A DNA stretch of 32,000 nt from an uncultured bacterium (GTDB taxonomy: Bacteria > Cyanobacteriota > Cyanobacteriia > PCC-6307 > Cyanobiaceae). Positions 9,148 through 20,697 of the stretch are shown in pieces. Positions within the stretch are counted from its first letter, which is position 1, and every line of letters starts with the position of its first letter. The stretch covers positions 45,288-77,287 of the forward strand of contig CAYHCE010000002.1 of NCBI GenBank assembly GCA_964355015.1, given 5' to 3'. The notes under the pieces were generated by a model. It was not told the DNA's origin. It searched no databases and was given only the letters and a program-made list of their open reading frames with translations. A program made the position numbers and the translations under genes.

Positions 9148-11292
9148 TCAGCGGCCGATGAACCGATGGTGCTCCAGGCCGTCGAGCACCCCCCAGGCCT
9201 GGGGGAGCGAGGAGAAGAAGACCCTGCGCTGGCTCCGCAGCGACTCCAGGGCCGGATCGTGGTCGTTCGGCACGACGCCCAGGGGCAGGCCCAGCAACAG
9301 CTCCCCATCCCCCTCCTGGCTGGCGGCGACCAGGATGCTCGACAGCGGCAGTTTCCAGCGCAGGGCCACGTAGCGCACCGCCTCGGATTTGGAAGCGGTC
9401 AGAGGCAGCACATCGAGATACCAGTGCCGGAAGAGGTGGGGACGAGCCGCCAGACGGTGACTGCGCAGTTTCTGGCGCACCAGGGGGAGAATCGCCTGGT
9501 CGGGTTCCTGCAGGATGAAGCTGACCTTGCAGGGGCCCTGCTCGGATGGGTCCTGCAACCGGAGCCGGGGCGCGAGTTCGGCCATCGCGGCCGCAACGCC
9601 GGCTCGATTCCAGCGGCGGCCGATCTGCTCCTGCCAGGCCAGGTCAGCGATCCACTGCTCGCCGCGGGCGTAGTGGATCTCGGTGCCAGCCCGAGTGATC
9701 CAGAGCGCCACCGGCGGCAGATGCAGTTCCGCCGAGCGGAAGCGGGCCGCCTGGAAGGAACGGCCGCTCACCAGACCGATGCTGAGGGCCGGATCCTCCA
9801 GCAGCCTCAGACGCAGGGCCTCAACGCCGGCGGGCTCCGGCGCGTCGAGGGCATCGTCCAGGTCGACCAGCAGCAACCGCTGCCCCAGGGGCGACGGCTG
9901 GGGCGCGGGCAGGACGGGCTGCTGGAACCAGAGGGGTCTGCGCTGCTGGCCGGCCTCACGGGCGCTGGCACCGGCCGCGGCCAGATAGTGGCAGACGTGG
10001 GCATCCCAGGTGTACTGACGGCAGACGGCCTCGATGCCGTTGTCGCTCCAGCGACGCCAGCGCTCGGGGTCCTCGCCGGCCTCCTCGAGCACCTGCTGCA
10101 GGGCATCGGGATCGGACACGTCCACCAGGGACCCGTTGCCGCAGCGCTGCAGGATGTCGCGGGGTCCGCCATCATCGGTGGCCACCAGCGGCAGGCCGCA
10201 GGCAGCCGCCTCCAGCAGGGTCAGCCCGAAGGGTTCGGTGAGGGCCGGGTTGACGAACAGGCCACGACGTCGTGAGGCCCAGCGGTAGATGACGGGAATC
10301 TGCTCGCGCCGATGCTGCTTCGGGTAAGCCACCGATCCGTAGAGGTCGTAGTGATCCACCAGATCGAAGACCTGGTGGAACAGATCACGCTGCTGCTTCT
10401 CCAGCTGGCTCGGCTGCTGGCGGCAGCCCATCACCAGCACCAGGTTGTGCCGCTGGCGCAGTCGCTCCGAACGGCCGAACACCTCGATCAGGGCCGGGAT
10501 GTTCTTGCGGGGATCGGCCCGGCAGATGGCGAGGAGCGGGGGCCGCTGCGGCTCCCGCAGGAACGGCGTCATCAGTGCCTCAACGGCCGACTCGTCCTCC
10601 CCCGTCAGGGGTGGATGGAAGGCGGATCCGTCCACGCCCGGCGGGATCACACGGGCCAGGTCCTGGCGGAACTGGCCGTAGCGCGCGTACTGGTCCTCCA
10701 TCTCCTGCCGGGTGCTCGTGATCACCAGGTGGCTGTGGGCCAGGGCCAGTTCCTCGGCGTCGATGCGCCGCTCCATGGCGTACTGCCTCTCGATCTGGAG
10801 CGGATCAAGGCCGGCCGCCATCATCCGGCGCCGCTTTTCCCTGCCGAGGGAGTGGCCGGTGAACACGAGTGGAACGCCCAGGCGGCGGCGGAGCAGCGCC
10901 CCCACGTAACCCGCATCGGCGTAGTGGGCATGAATCCAGTCGGGAAGGCGCGGCTGGGCGATCAGCTGCTCAGCCAGGGCGTCGGCCAGCTCGTCGAGAT
11001 AGGGCCAGAGCTGCTCCTTGCGCAGGTAACGACGCGGGCCGAACGGGAGGCGCCGGATCAGGGCGTCGGGTGCGAAAGCCTCTTCGGGAACGGCGTAGTG
11101 CGCGGACACCCGCCGGTCCTGGATCAGGCGGGTGACCACCTCAACCCGGTCCACCTCGGGGCGAGCCGCCAGGCCCCGGGCCAGTTCAAGCACGTAGGTG
11201 GTCTGGCCGCCGGTGTCGGAATCGCGACCGAGCTCCAGGTCATGGCCCCGGAACAGACCATGGAGGTGGAGATGAAGCAGATACAGACCCAC
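9148..11292 (-). CDS. sps: Sucrose-phosphate synthase: GT-B glycosyltransferase domain fused to a C-terminal SPP-like (HAD) domain
   Basis: 714-aa ORF with a GTG start. The N-terminus is LHLHGLFRGHDLELGRDSDTGGQTTYVLELARGL, and GHSLGREK and EPFGLTLLEAAACGLPLVAT (GT4) are present. The C-terminal roughly 250 aa are HAD-like, with LLLVDLDDALD and GLVSGRS. Confidence 0.9.
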   Translation of the reverse strand: MGLYLLHLHLHGLFRGHDLELGRDSDTGGQTTYVLELARGLAARPEVDRVEVVTRLIQDRRVSAHYAVPEEAFAPDALIRRLPFGPRRYLRKEQLWPYLDELADALAEQLIAQPRLPDWIHAHYADAGYVGALLRRRLGVPLVFTGHSLGREKRRRMMAAGLDPLQIERQYAMERRIDAEELALAHSHLVITSTRQEMEDQYARYGQFRQDLARVIPPGVDGSAFHPPLTGEDESAVEALMTPFLREPQRPPLLAICRADPRKNIPALIEVFGRSERLRQRHNLVLVMGCRQQPSQLEKQQRDLFHQVFDLVDHYDLYGSVAYPKQHRREQIPVIYRWASRRRGLFVNPALTEPFGLTLLEAAACGLPLVATDDGGPRDILQRCGNGSLVDVSDPDALQQVLEEAGEDPERWRRWSDNGIEAVCRQYTWDAHVCHYLAAAGASAREAGQQRRPLWFQQPVLPAPQPSPLGQRLLLVDLDDALDAPEPAGVEALRLRLLEDPALSIGLVSGRSFQAARFRSAELHLPPVALWITRAGTEIHYARGEQWIADLAWQEQIGRRWNRAGVAAAMAELAPRLRLQDPSEQGPCKVSFILQEPDQAILPLVRQKLRSHRLAARPHLFRHWYLDVLPLTASKSEAVRYVALRWKLPLSSILVAASQEGDGELLLGLPLGVVPNDHDPALESLRSQRRVFFSSLPQAWGVLDGLEHHRFIGR

Positions 11293-11538
11293 GGGGACAC
11301 CAGAGCCGGTGGAATGCTTCGGGAAGCATCCGCGGATGGTCCACCTTTAGCGAGGTTTTCAGGTGGGGGCAGTCCTGCAGACCAGCCATGGTTCGAGCCC
11401 GTACAGAGCGGCAAGCCGAGACTCATTCAGGACAAAGGGATTCAGCGGCTCCCGGTCAGCAGCACCGGTTCGGAACCCGTCATGGAACCAACACGGAACA
11501 GGCCGCACCGACGGACCCAGAGGACTGGGTTCGTGTCA

Positions 11539-13089
11539 TCAGCGGTTCCCCTGGAGCAGCGGCGTCACATCCACCAGAGGCCTGGCTGTGTCTCCCCAGC
11601 CGTTCGCCGGCAACAGGGCGGGGGCCCCGGGGCCGGGAGCGGCCGCAGGGCCGGCGGCAAAGGCTCCGTCCAGCCAGGCCAGCAGCAGCCCGCGCAGCGC
11701 ACCACCGTCTTCCTCATAGCGGGATCCCAGATTGAAGTGGTCGCCACCGCGGGCGATCACAAGGCGATGGCCACCCCCGATGCCGCGAGCCTCCCGGGTC
11801 ATCGGCACGATCGCCTCCGGTCCAGGCGGCACCACCCAGTCGCGGCTGCCGCTGACCAGCAGCACACGGGCGTTCATGCCCCTGGCGGCACCGTGATTGA
11901 ACAGCAGCGACATCGGCGGGCTGACCGCCACCACCGCTTTGACACGGGGATCCGCCAGCGCCGCCTGATCGGCGGAGGTCAGGAAACTGCACTGCAGTGT
12001 CCAGCTCAGGTTGCGGGCGGGGTCCATCACGTCCTGGCAGTTCTTCTGCAGCCCGGCGGAGCTGGGGGTGGCCCCCGCCAGCTGCAAGGCCGTGGTGGCC
12101 CCCCATGACTGACCCAGCACGGCGACGGAGTCGGTGCGGATCCCGGCCGGCAGACCGAGCTTGCCGGCGGCCGCCCCATTGATCACGGCTGTCACGTCCA
12201 GAGGCCGCAGGCGCAGTTCGGCCGGTCCCGGCGGTGGTGCCTTGCCCGAGAGCATCGCCTGCTGCTGCTGTTTGTCGCTGCCGGGATGGCGGGGCAGCAG
12301 CACCGTGTAGCCATGGCTGGCCAGGTGCTTTGCCCAGCCCTCGAAGCTTTCCGGCCCATCCCACAGCCCATGGGAGATCACCACGAGCCGGCCTGACCCG
12401 CCCTGCACCGGGTTGATCACCACCAGCTGCAGCGGTGCGGACCGGTAGGGCACCGCCAGACTGATCTCGCGCCGCTGCACCGCCAGGCTGCCCGGCTGGC
12501 TGAGGGCCGGATCCACCGTCGCCGGCGTCTGGCCCGCCAGGAGGGCATCGGCGGGCTTCTGCTGACTGGCCAGCCGCTGCACGGCGAACAGGGCCCTGTT
12601 GAGATCGACGGACGCCGTCTTGCCGGGAAGGGCCTGGAGCACGGTCAGCAGGGTGAGGGGGCCCCTGGCGGCCGCCTGGTCGAGGGTCCGCGACAGTTCC
12701 TGGCCACTGAGATTCGCAGGCAACCCATCGATGCCGCCGAGGGCCGATACGAGCAGCAGCGCCTGATTGAGCAGCGCCGATCCCTCCGCCTGGTTCACCA
12801 CCGCCGTGGCCTGAAGGGGAAGGGGAGCGTTGAAGAGCGAGAGCAATCTGCGCCCGATCGCTCCGTTGCTGGCCTGATCGAGCTGGGCCAGATCACTGGT
12901 GCCGCTCAGCAATCGCGCCGGATCGCTCAGTTCGCTGAGCTTGATGATGAAGTTGGTGTCGAGGAGCGGCAGCCGCAGCTCAATCGACTCCAGAGCCTGC
13001 GCCGGCTGCAGCCCCAGAGGCAGGGAGGCCGCCACCCCCACCGCCGCGGCATGGGAGAGGCCCCGCAGGATCGATCGGAACGCAGGCAC
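11539..13089 (-). CDS. Secreted two-domain protein: N-terminal DUF1400-like module plus C-terminal alpha/beta hydrolase (dienelactone-hydrolase/PAF-acetylhydrolase-like)
   Basis: 516-aa ORF with a GTG start. The signal-peptide-like N-terminus ends AQA-LE. The hydrolase core is VVISHGLWDGPESFEGWAKHLASHGYTVLLPRHPGSD, with the nucleophile elbow GQSWG, then SGSRDWVVP and GGDHFN (candidate Ser/Asp/His triad). Confidence 0.8.
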   Translation of the reverse strand: MPAFRSILRGLSHAAAVGVAASLPLGLQPAQALESIELRLPLLDTNFIIKLSELSDPARLLSGTSDLAQLDQASNGAIGRRLLSLFNAPLPLQATAVVNQAEGSALLNQALLLVSALGGIDGLPANLSGQELSRTLDQAAARGPLTLLTVLQALPGKTASVDLNRALFAVQRLASQQKPADALLAGQTPATVDPALSQPGSLAVQRREISLAVPYRSAPLQLVVINPVQGGSGRLVVISHGLWDGPESFEGWAKHLASHGYTVLLPRHPGSDKQQQQAMLSGKAPPPGPAELRLRPLDVTAVINGAAAGKLGLPAGIRTDSVAVLGQSWGATTALQLAGATPSSAGLQKNCQDVMDPARNLSWTLQCSFLTSADQAALADPRVKAVVAVSPPMSLLFNHGAARGMNARVLLVSGSRDWVVPPGPEAIVPMTREARGIGGGHRLVIARGGDHFNLGSRYEEDGGALRGLLLAWLDGAFAAGPAAAPGPGAPALLPANGWGDTARPLVDVTPLLQGNR

Positions 13090-13146
13090 GGCTGTGTTGG
13101 GCGGAGTGGGCCCATGATCCCTCGCCTCAGGCCTGTGTTGCCACAG

Positions 13147-16164
<3,018 letters not shown>

Positions 16165-16209
16165 TCAGCGTCGGTGACAACGGTCGAGTCTACGGGCTGT
16201 AGCCGGACC

Positions 16210-17898
16210 TCAGGCCACGCCCCGGTCCAGCAGGCTGGCGACGTAGCTGCGGGTTTCGCCGGAATCGCCCCCGGCCAGCTCCGCCAGCTCCCGCTCGCGG
16301 GCCTGGGTGTCCCGCAGGTGGGACACTCGCGTCAGGGTGCGGCCGTCCTCGACGCGCTTGCTCACCTGGTAGTGGTGCTGAGCGGCGGCGGCCACCAGGG
16401 GCTGGTGGGTGACGCAGAACACCTGGCGCTGCTCGGCCAGGCGCCGCAGCAGAGCCGCGATCGCCCCGCTCACCCGACCGCTGACGCCGCTGTCGATCTC
16501 GTCGAACAACAGGGTGACGTGGGGATCGGCTGCAGCCAGGCAGGTTTTGAGGGCGAGCAGGAAACGGCTCATCTCGCCGCCGGAGGCCACCTCCTGCAGA
16601 GGAGCCAGGGGCTGGCCAGGATTGGCGCTGAACAGGAACGCGATCGCGTCCGCGCCCTCCTCGCCGGGTGGAGCCGGCTCCACCGCCACCGCAAAGCGCA
16701 CGTTAGCCAGACCCAGCGGTCGCAGGGCCTCCATCAGTTGCGCCTCCAGCTGGGCAGCGGCCTCATGGCGGCAGGCGCTGAGGCAGGAGCAGACCCGGTC
16801 CAGCTCGCGCCGTGCCGCGGCCTGCCGCTGTTCGAGTGCCCTCAGCGACTCCTCCGCTCCCCCGGGGGCGAGCCGCCGGCGCAGTTCATCGCGCCGGGCG
16901 ATCAGCCCGGACAGATCCAGGTTGTGGCGACGCTCAAGGGCCTTGATCTGGGCGAGCCGCTCCTGCAGGGCCGCCAGGCCACCGGGATCGCTCTCCAGGG
17001 CGCCGCCGTAGCGGTCGAGCTCCCGGGCCAGGTCCTGAACCAGCTGCAGAGCGTCGCCGCAGCGCAGCAGCAGCGGCTGGAGGCTGGGGTCGAAGCCGGC
17101 CAGCAGCTGCAATTCCTGCTCGCAGACGGCCAGATGGTCGAGGCTGGAAGGGGCCGCCTCGACCCCTTCCACCAGCCTGCCCAGCAGGGTCATCACCCCT
17201 TCCTGCAAGCGCACCCCATGGGCCAGCCGGTCCTGCTCGATCTGCAGCCGCTGCCGCTCCTGCGGATCCTCCAGTCGGGCCGCCTCCAGATCGTCCAGCA
17301 GCTCCTGGCTGAGCCGGCGCTCCGCCTCGCTCCGCTGCCGATCGGCCCTGGACTCCTCCAGGGCCGCGGACGCCTGGCGCCAGGCCCGCACGGCGGGACG
17401 AACGGGAGCCAGGGCCGCGGCCACGACCTCGCCACCGAAGCGATCGAGCCAGCGCCGCTGCTGGCCGGGGCGGGCCAGCTGCTGGGTCTGGCCCTGCACG
17501 GTGAGATCGAGCAGGAGGGGCCGCAGGGCCAGGAGCTGGCTGCGGTTCACCGCCACGCCGTTGAGGCGACTGCGGCTGTGGACCCGCTCCTCCAGCGTGC
17601 GCCACTCGCGACTGAGCAGCAGCTCCGGCTCGTCGCTATCGAGCTCCTGCTCCTCCAGCCAGGCCCGCACCGGCTGGGACAGCGTAAAGCTGGCCTCGAT
17701 CCTGCCCCGCTCGCTTCCCTGCCGCAGCAGTCGTGCCCCCTGGCTGCCCTGGGCGCCGCCCAGCAAGGCATCGAGGGCATCCAGCAGCAGGGACTTACCG
17801 GCTCCGGTCTCTCCGGTCAGCACCGTGAAGCCTGACGCAAAGGTGAGATCCAGACCGTCGATCAGCGCAATGTTCTCCAGGCGCAGACCCGTGAGCAC
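16210..17898 (-). CDS. recN: DNA repair protein RecN (SMC-like ATPase)
   Basis: Contains LRLENIALIDGLDLTFASGFTVLTGETGAGKSLLLDAL (Walker A), a long coiled-coil middle, ASGGEMSRFLLALK (signature) and LLFDEIDSGVSG (Walker B). The track start at 18012 would overlap the divergent ABC1 gene. The in-frame GTG at 17898 (VLTGLRLEN...) matches the usual RecN N-terminus, so I use it. The start remains uncertain. Confidence 0.88.
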   Translation of the reverse strand: MLTGLRLENIALIDGLDLTFASGFTVLTGETGAGKSLLLDALDALLGGAQGSQGARLLRQGSERGRIEASFTLSQPVRAWLEEQELDSDEPELLLSREWRTLEERVHSRSRLNGVAVNRSQLLALRPLLLDLTVQGQTQQLARPGQQRRWLDRFGGEVVAAALAPVRPAVRAWRQASAALEESRADRQRSEAERRLSQELLDDLEAARLEDPQERQRLQIEQDRLAHGVRLQEGVMTLLGRLVEGVEAAPSSLDHLAVCEQELQLLAGFDPSLQPLLLRCGDALQLVQDLARELDRYGGALESDPGGLAALQERLAQIKALERRHNLDLSGLIARRDELRRRLAPGGAEESLRALEQRQAAARRELDRVCSCLSACRHEAAAQLEAQLMEALRPLGLANVRFAVAVEPAPPGEEGADAIAFLFSANPGQPLAPLQEVASGGEMSRFLLALKTCLAAADPHVTLLFDEIDSGVSGRVSGAIAALLRRLAEQRQVFCVTHQPLVAAAAQHHYQVSKRVEDGRTLTRVSHLRDTQARERELAELAGGDSGETRSYVASLLDRGVA

Positions 17899-17986
17899 GC
17901 AGCCCTCCGGTGGGGGAGTGAAGTCACCAGCCTGACCGTAGCGACGGTTCGTTTCGTTTAGAAGGGGTGCAGTGAGTCTCCCCTCG

Positions 17987-19975
17987 ATGGTCCGCTCCGA
18001 TCCGGTGAGCAACGATCCTGCGAGCGCCGATCACACAAGCACCGATCACACAAGCGCCGCAGAGGAGCTCAGCCCCTTCGACGATCTCAGCGACTTCATC
18101 GAGGCCGCGGGCCTGCTTCGCTACGACCCGGCAGCGATCACCCGCATTTACACCGGCCACCCGAGAAGGCTGTTCCGTCGTCTCTGGCAGACGCTGGTGC
18201 CGATCGGCCTGTTCCTGCTCGGCGTCGGCTTCGACAAGTTCACCGGCCTGCTCTCAACGGAAGCCCGGGCCCGGGCTCGGGCCCGGGAATGCGCCGAGCT
18301 GCTGGCGGCGCTGGGTCCGGCCTTCATCAAGGCAGGCCAGGCCCTCTCCACCAGGCCTGACATCGTGCCGCCGGTGCTGCTCGAGGAACTGGCCCAGCTG
18401 CAGGACCAGCTGCCCGGCTTCGACAGCGCCCTGGCGATGGCCTGCATCGAGGAGGACCTCGGCGCCCCGGTGGAGGCGATCTATGCCCAGCTGGATCGGG
18501 AACCGATCTCGGCGGCCTCACTTGGGCAGGTGCATCGGGGCGTGCTCAAAGGCGGCCAGCCCGTGGCGGTGAAAGTGCAGCGGCCGGGTCTGCGGGAGCA
18601 GATCACGCTCGATCTCTACATCGTGCGCAACATCGCCGCCTGGCTGAATCGCAACGTGCGCGTCATCCGCAGCGATCTGGTGGCCCTGATCGACGAGCTG
18701 GGCAAGCGGGTGTTCGAAGAGATGGATTATCTCAACGAGGCCGCCAACGCCGAAGCCTTCGCCCGGTTGCACAGCCACAACCCGCACATCGCCGTGCCGC
18801 GGATCTTCCACGAGGCCACCAGCCGTCGCGTGCTGACGATGGAGTGGATCGAGGGTGTCAAGCTCACCAACCTCAAGGCGGTGAAGGCCCTGGGCATCGA
18901 TCCGGACTACATGGTGCAGTTGGGGGTGAACTGCAGCCTGCAGCAACTGCTGGAGCACGGCTTCTTTCACGCCGATCCCCACCCCGGCAACCTGCTCGCC
19001 CTGCCGGACGGCCGTCTGGCCTACCTGGATTTCGGGATGATGAGCGAGGTGAGCCGCGAGTCACGCACCGGCCTGATCCAGGCGGTGGTCCATCTGGTGA
19101 ACCGCAACTTCACCGCCCTCTCCCGCGACTTCGTGAATCTGGGCTTCCTGGGGGAGGAGGTGGACCTGGAACCGATCGTGCCGGCCTTCGAGAGCGTCTT
19201 CGGACAGGCCCTGGAGATGGGCGTCAGCCGTATGGACTTCAAGGCGGTCACCGACGACCTCTCCGGTGTGATGTACCGCTTCCCCTTCCGGGTCCCGCCG
19301 TACTACGCACTGATCATCCGTTCTCTGGTCACCCTGGAGGGCATCGCCCTGAGCGTGGATCCGGACTTCAAGATCCTCGGCGCGGCCTATCCCTACTTCG
19401 CACGACGGCTGATGGAGGATCCGGATCCGGCGCTGCGGCGCAGCCTGCGGGAAATGCTCTTCGACGGCGATGACTTCCGCTGGCAGCGGCTGGAGAACCT
19501 GATCAGCAGCGCTTCGCTGCAGGATCAACTGGATGTGGAGGGCCTGCTCGATCAGGTGCTCGACTTTCTGTTCTCCCCCAGGGGAGGGATGCTGCGCCAG
19601 CAGCTCGTGGACGCCCTGGTGGACCGGGTGGATGCGTTGGGCTGGCAGACCTTCAGTCGGCTGGGGCGCCGCCTGCCGAAGCGACTTCAGCCACCTGGGC
19701 TGCGCAGCCTGACGCTCGAGGCCGGCCTCGACCCCCTGCTCAGCCTGGAGCCGGTGCAGCAGCTGCTGCTGATCCTGCGCCAGCTGCCGGGTTTCGAACC
19801 CCAGCTGCTGCTCAGCCGTCTGCCACGGCTTCTGAGCGAGCCGGACCTGCGCCGGATGGGGCTGCAGGTGGCGAAGGGCCTGGCGGAGCGCAGCGTGGTG
19901 CGGTTGCTGCGGGACGTGCTGGTGGCACCGGAAACCCGGAACGCAGCCGGGTACGTCACCGCGAACGGCTTCTAG
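17987..19975 (+). CDS. ABC1/UbiB (AarF) family atypical protein kinase
   Basis: Contains LGPAFIKAGQALSTRPDIVPPVLLEELAQLQDQLP, PISAASLGQVHRG, AVKVQRPG and FFHADPHPGNL, the hallmark ABC1 motifs. Start candidates are GTG 17972, ATG 17987 and GTG 18005. Confidence 0.85.
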   Translation: MVRSDPVSNDPASADHTSTDHTSAAEELSPFDDLSDFIEAAGLLRYDPAAITRIYTGHPRRLFRRLWQTLVPIGLFLLGVGFDKFTGLLSTEARARARARECAELLAALGPAFIKAGQALSTRPDIVPPVLLEELAQLQDQLPGFDSALAMACIEEDLGAPVEAIYAQLDREPISAASLGQVHRGVLKGGQPVAVKVQRPGLREQITLDLYIVRNIAAWLNRNVRVIRSDLVALIDELGKRVFEEMDYLNEAANAEAFARLHSHNPHIAVPRIFHEATSRRVLTMEWIEGVKLTNLKAVKALGIDPDYMVQLGVNCSLQQLLEHGFFHADPHPGNLLALPDGRLAYLDFGMMSEVSRESRTGLIQAVVHLVNRNFTALSRDFVNLGFLGEEVDLEPIVPAFESVFGQALEMGVSRMDFKAVTDDLSGVMYRFPFRVPPYYALIIRSLVTLEGIALSVDPDFKILGAAYPYFARRLMEDPDPALRRSLREMLFDGDDFRWQRLENLISSASLQDQLDVEGLLDQVLDFLFSPRGGMLRQQLVDALVDRVDALGWQTFSRLGRRLPKRLQPPGLRSLTLEAGLDPLLSLEPVQQLLLILRQLPGFEPQLLLSRLPRLLSEPDLRRMGLQVAKGLAERSVVRLLRDVLVAPETRNAAGYVTANGF

Positions 19976-19977
19976 AG

Positions 19978-20586
19978 TTGAGTCCCGAACGGGAGCCGAC
20001 CTTGCCCAACCAGCCGAAACTCGTGGGGATCCTGCTGGCTCTGTCGCTCAGCACCGCAGCCCCGGGTCTGCAGGCGGCCGAGCAGGTGGTGTTTGTGAGC
20101 GGAGCCTTCCGGCGCTCGATTCCCGTGGCCGATCTGGAGCATCTTGCCCAGACCGGCCAGGCCCGTGGCCTCCTGGGCGACGTGCTGCGCGTCAGCGGCC
20201 AGAAGCCAGCCGAGGTTTCGAAGCTGCTGAACCAGCAGATCAGCCTGCCACTGGTGCTCACCAGCCGGCTGCTCTCCACCCGGATCGGCGAGGCACTGCT
20301 GGAACGACTGACCCGGATCTTCGCTCCGTTGCGCGCCCCGCAGATGGGGGTGCCGGCTCTGCGGGGCGCCCTGATCACCGGGCTGGCGAACGGCAACGGC
20401 AGCCTGACCCCCACCGGCTTCCTGCAGGCCTATCCGGCCCAGGAGCTCGCCGTGAGCATTCCGGCTCTGATGGGGCTGATCGGCAAGGCGAGTTCCATCT
20501 CCGACCTGATTCGCTTCTTCTCTGAATCGCCACTGGACGGCCTGCGTGGTGACGCCCCGGCCAAGGCGCCGAAGACGGCCCCCTGA
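19978..20586 (+). CDS. Secreted stand-alone DUF1400-like protein
   Basis: 202-aa ORF starting 2 nt after the ABC1 stop. Alternative starts are TTG 19978 or TTG 20002. The signal peptide LVGILLALSLSTAAPGLQA-AE is followed by VVFVSGAFRRSIPVADLEHLAQTGQARGLLGDVL...LLNQQISLPL, the pattern I associate with DUF1400. The domain call is from memory only. Confidence 0.6.
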   Translation: MSPEREPTLPNQPKLVGILLALSLSTAAPGLQAAEQVVFVSGAFRRSIPVADLEHLAQTGQARGLLGDVLRVSGQKPAEVSKLLNQQISLPLVLTSRLLSTRIGEALLERLTRIFAPLRAPQMGVPALRGALITGLANGNGSLTPTGFLQAYPAQELAVSIPALMGLIGKASSISDLIRFFSESPLDGLRGDAPAKAPKTAP

Positions 20587-20697
20587 GCTGGCCCCGTCGG
20601 GGGGATTTCTGAGCCGACACGTAGATTCCCTTCAGCCTGTCCTGCTGCCGTCGTGCCCCTGCTCTCAGCCCTCCGGCGTCTGGGCAACCAGCCAACG

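Noticed and set aside
7851-9308. 485-aa minus-strand ORF; similarly 140..910 (-), 5159..6274 (-) and 6778..7752 (-)
   Set aside because: Each is antisense to a well-supported gene (LCP, aroE, mraY, purT) and has a low-complexity translation.
11390-11400. GGTTCGAGCCC, which resembles a tRNA T-arm/T-loop
   Set aside because: The flanks do not form a proper T-stem (only a weak ATGG/CCGT pairing with a mismatch). No complementary acceptor 5' strand (GCTCTGT) exists about 65 nt upstream. No cloverleaf can be drawn on either strand.
10312-12108. 598-aa plus-strand ORF
   Set aside because: It is antisense to sps and the DUF1400-hydrolase and crosses their intergenic spacer. It has no motifs. It is a shadow ORF.
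16210-18012. Long (600-aa) form of RecN starting at 18012
   Set aside because: It would overlap the divergent ABC1 kinase start and add 38 non-conserved residues. The GTG at 17898 gives the usual RecN N-terminus. I keep it as an alternative, not the primary call.
20591-20610. Possible terminator after the stand-alone DUF1400 gene (CCCC-GTC-GGGG followed by ATTTCT)
   Set aside because: The stem is only about 4 bp with a 3-nt loop, which is too weak to call. The same applies to the CCGGC-AACA-GCCGG hairpin at 9131..9144 between the LCP gene and sps.
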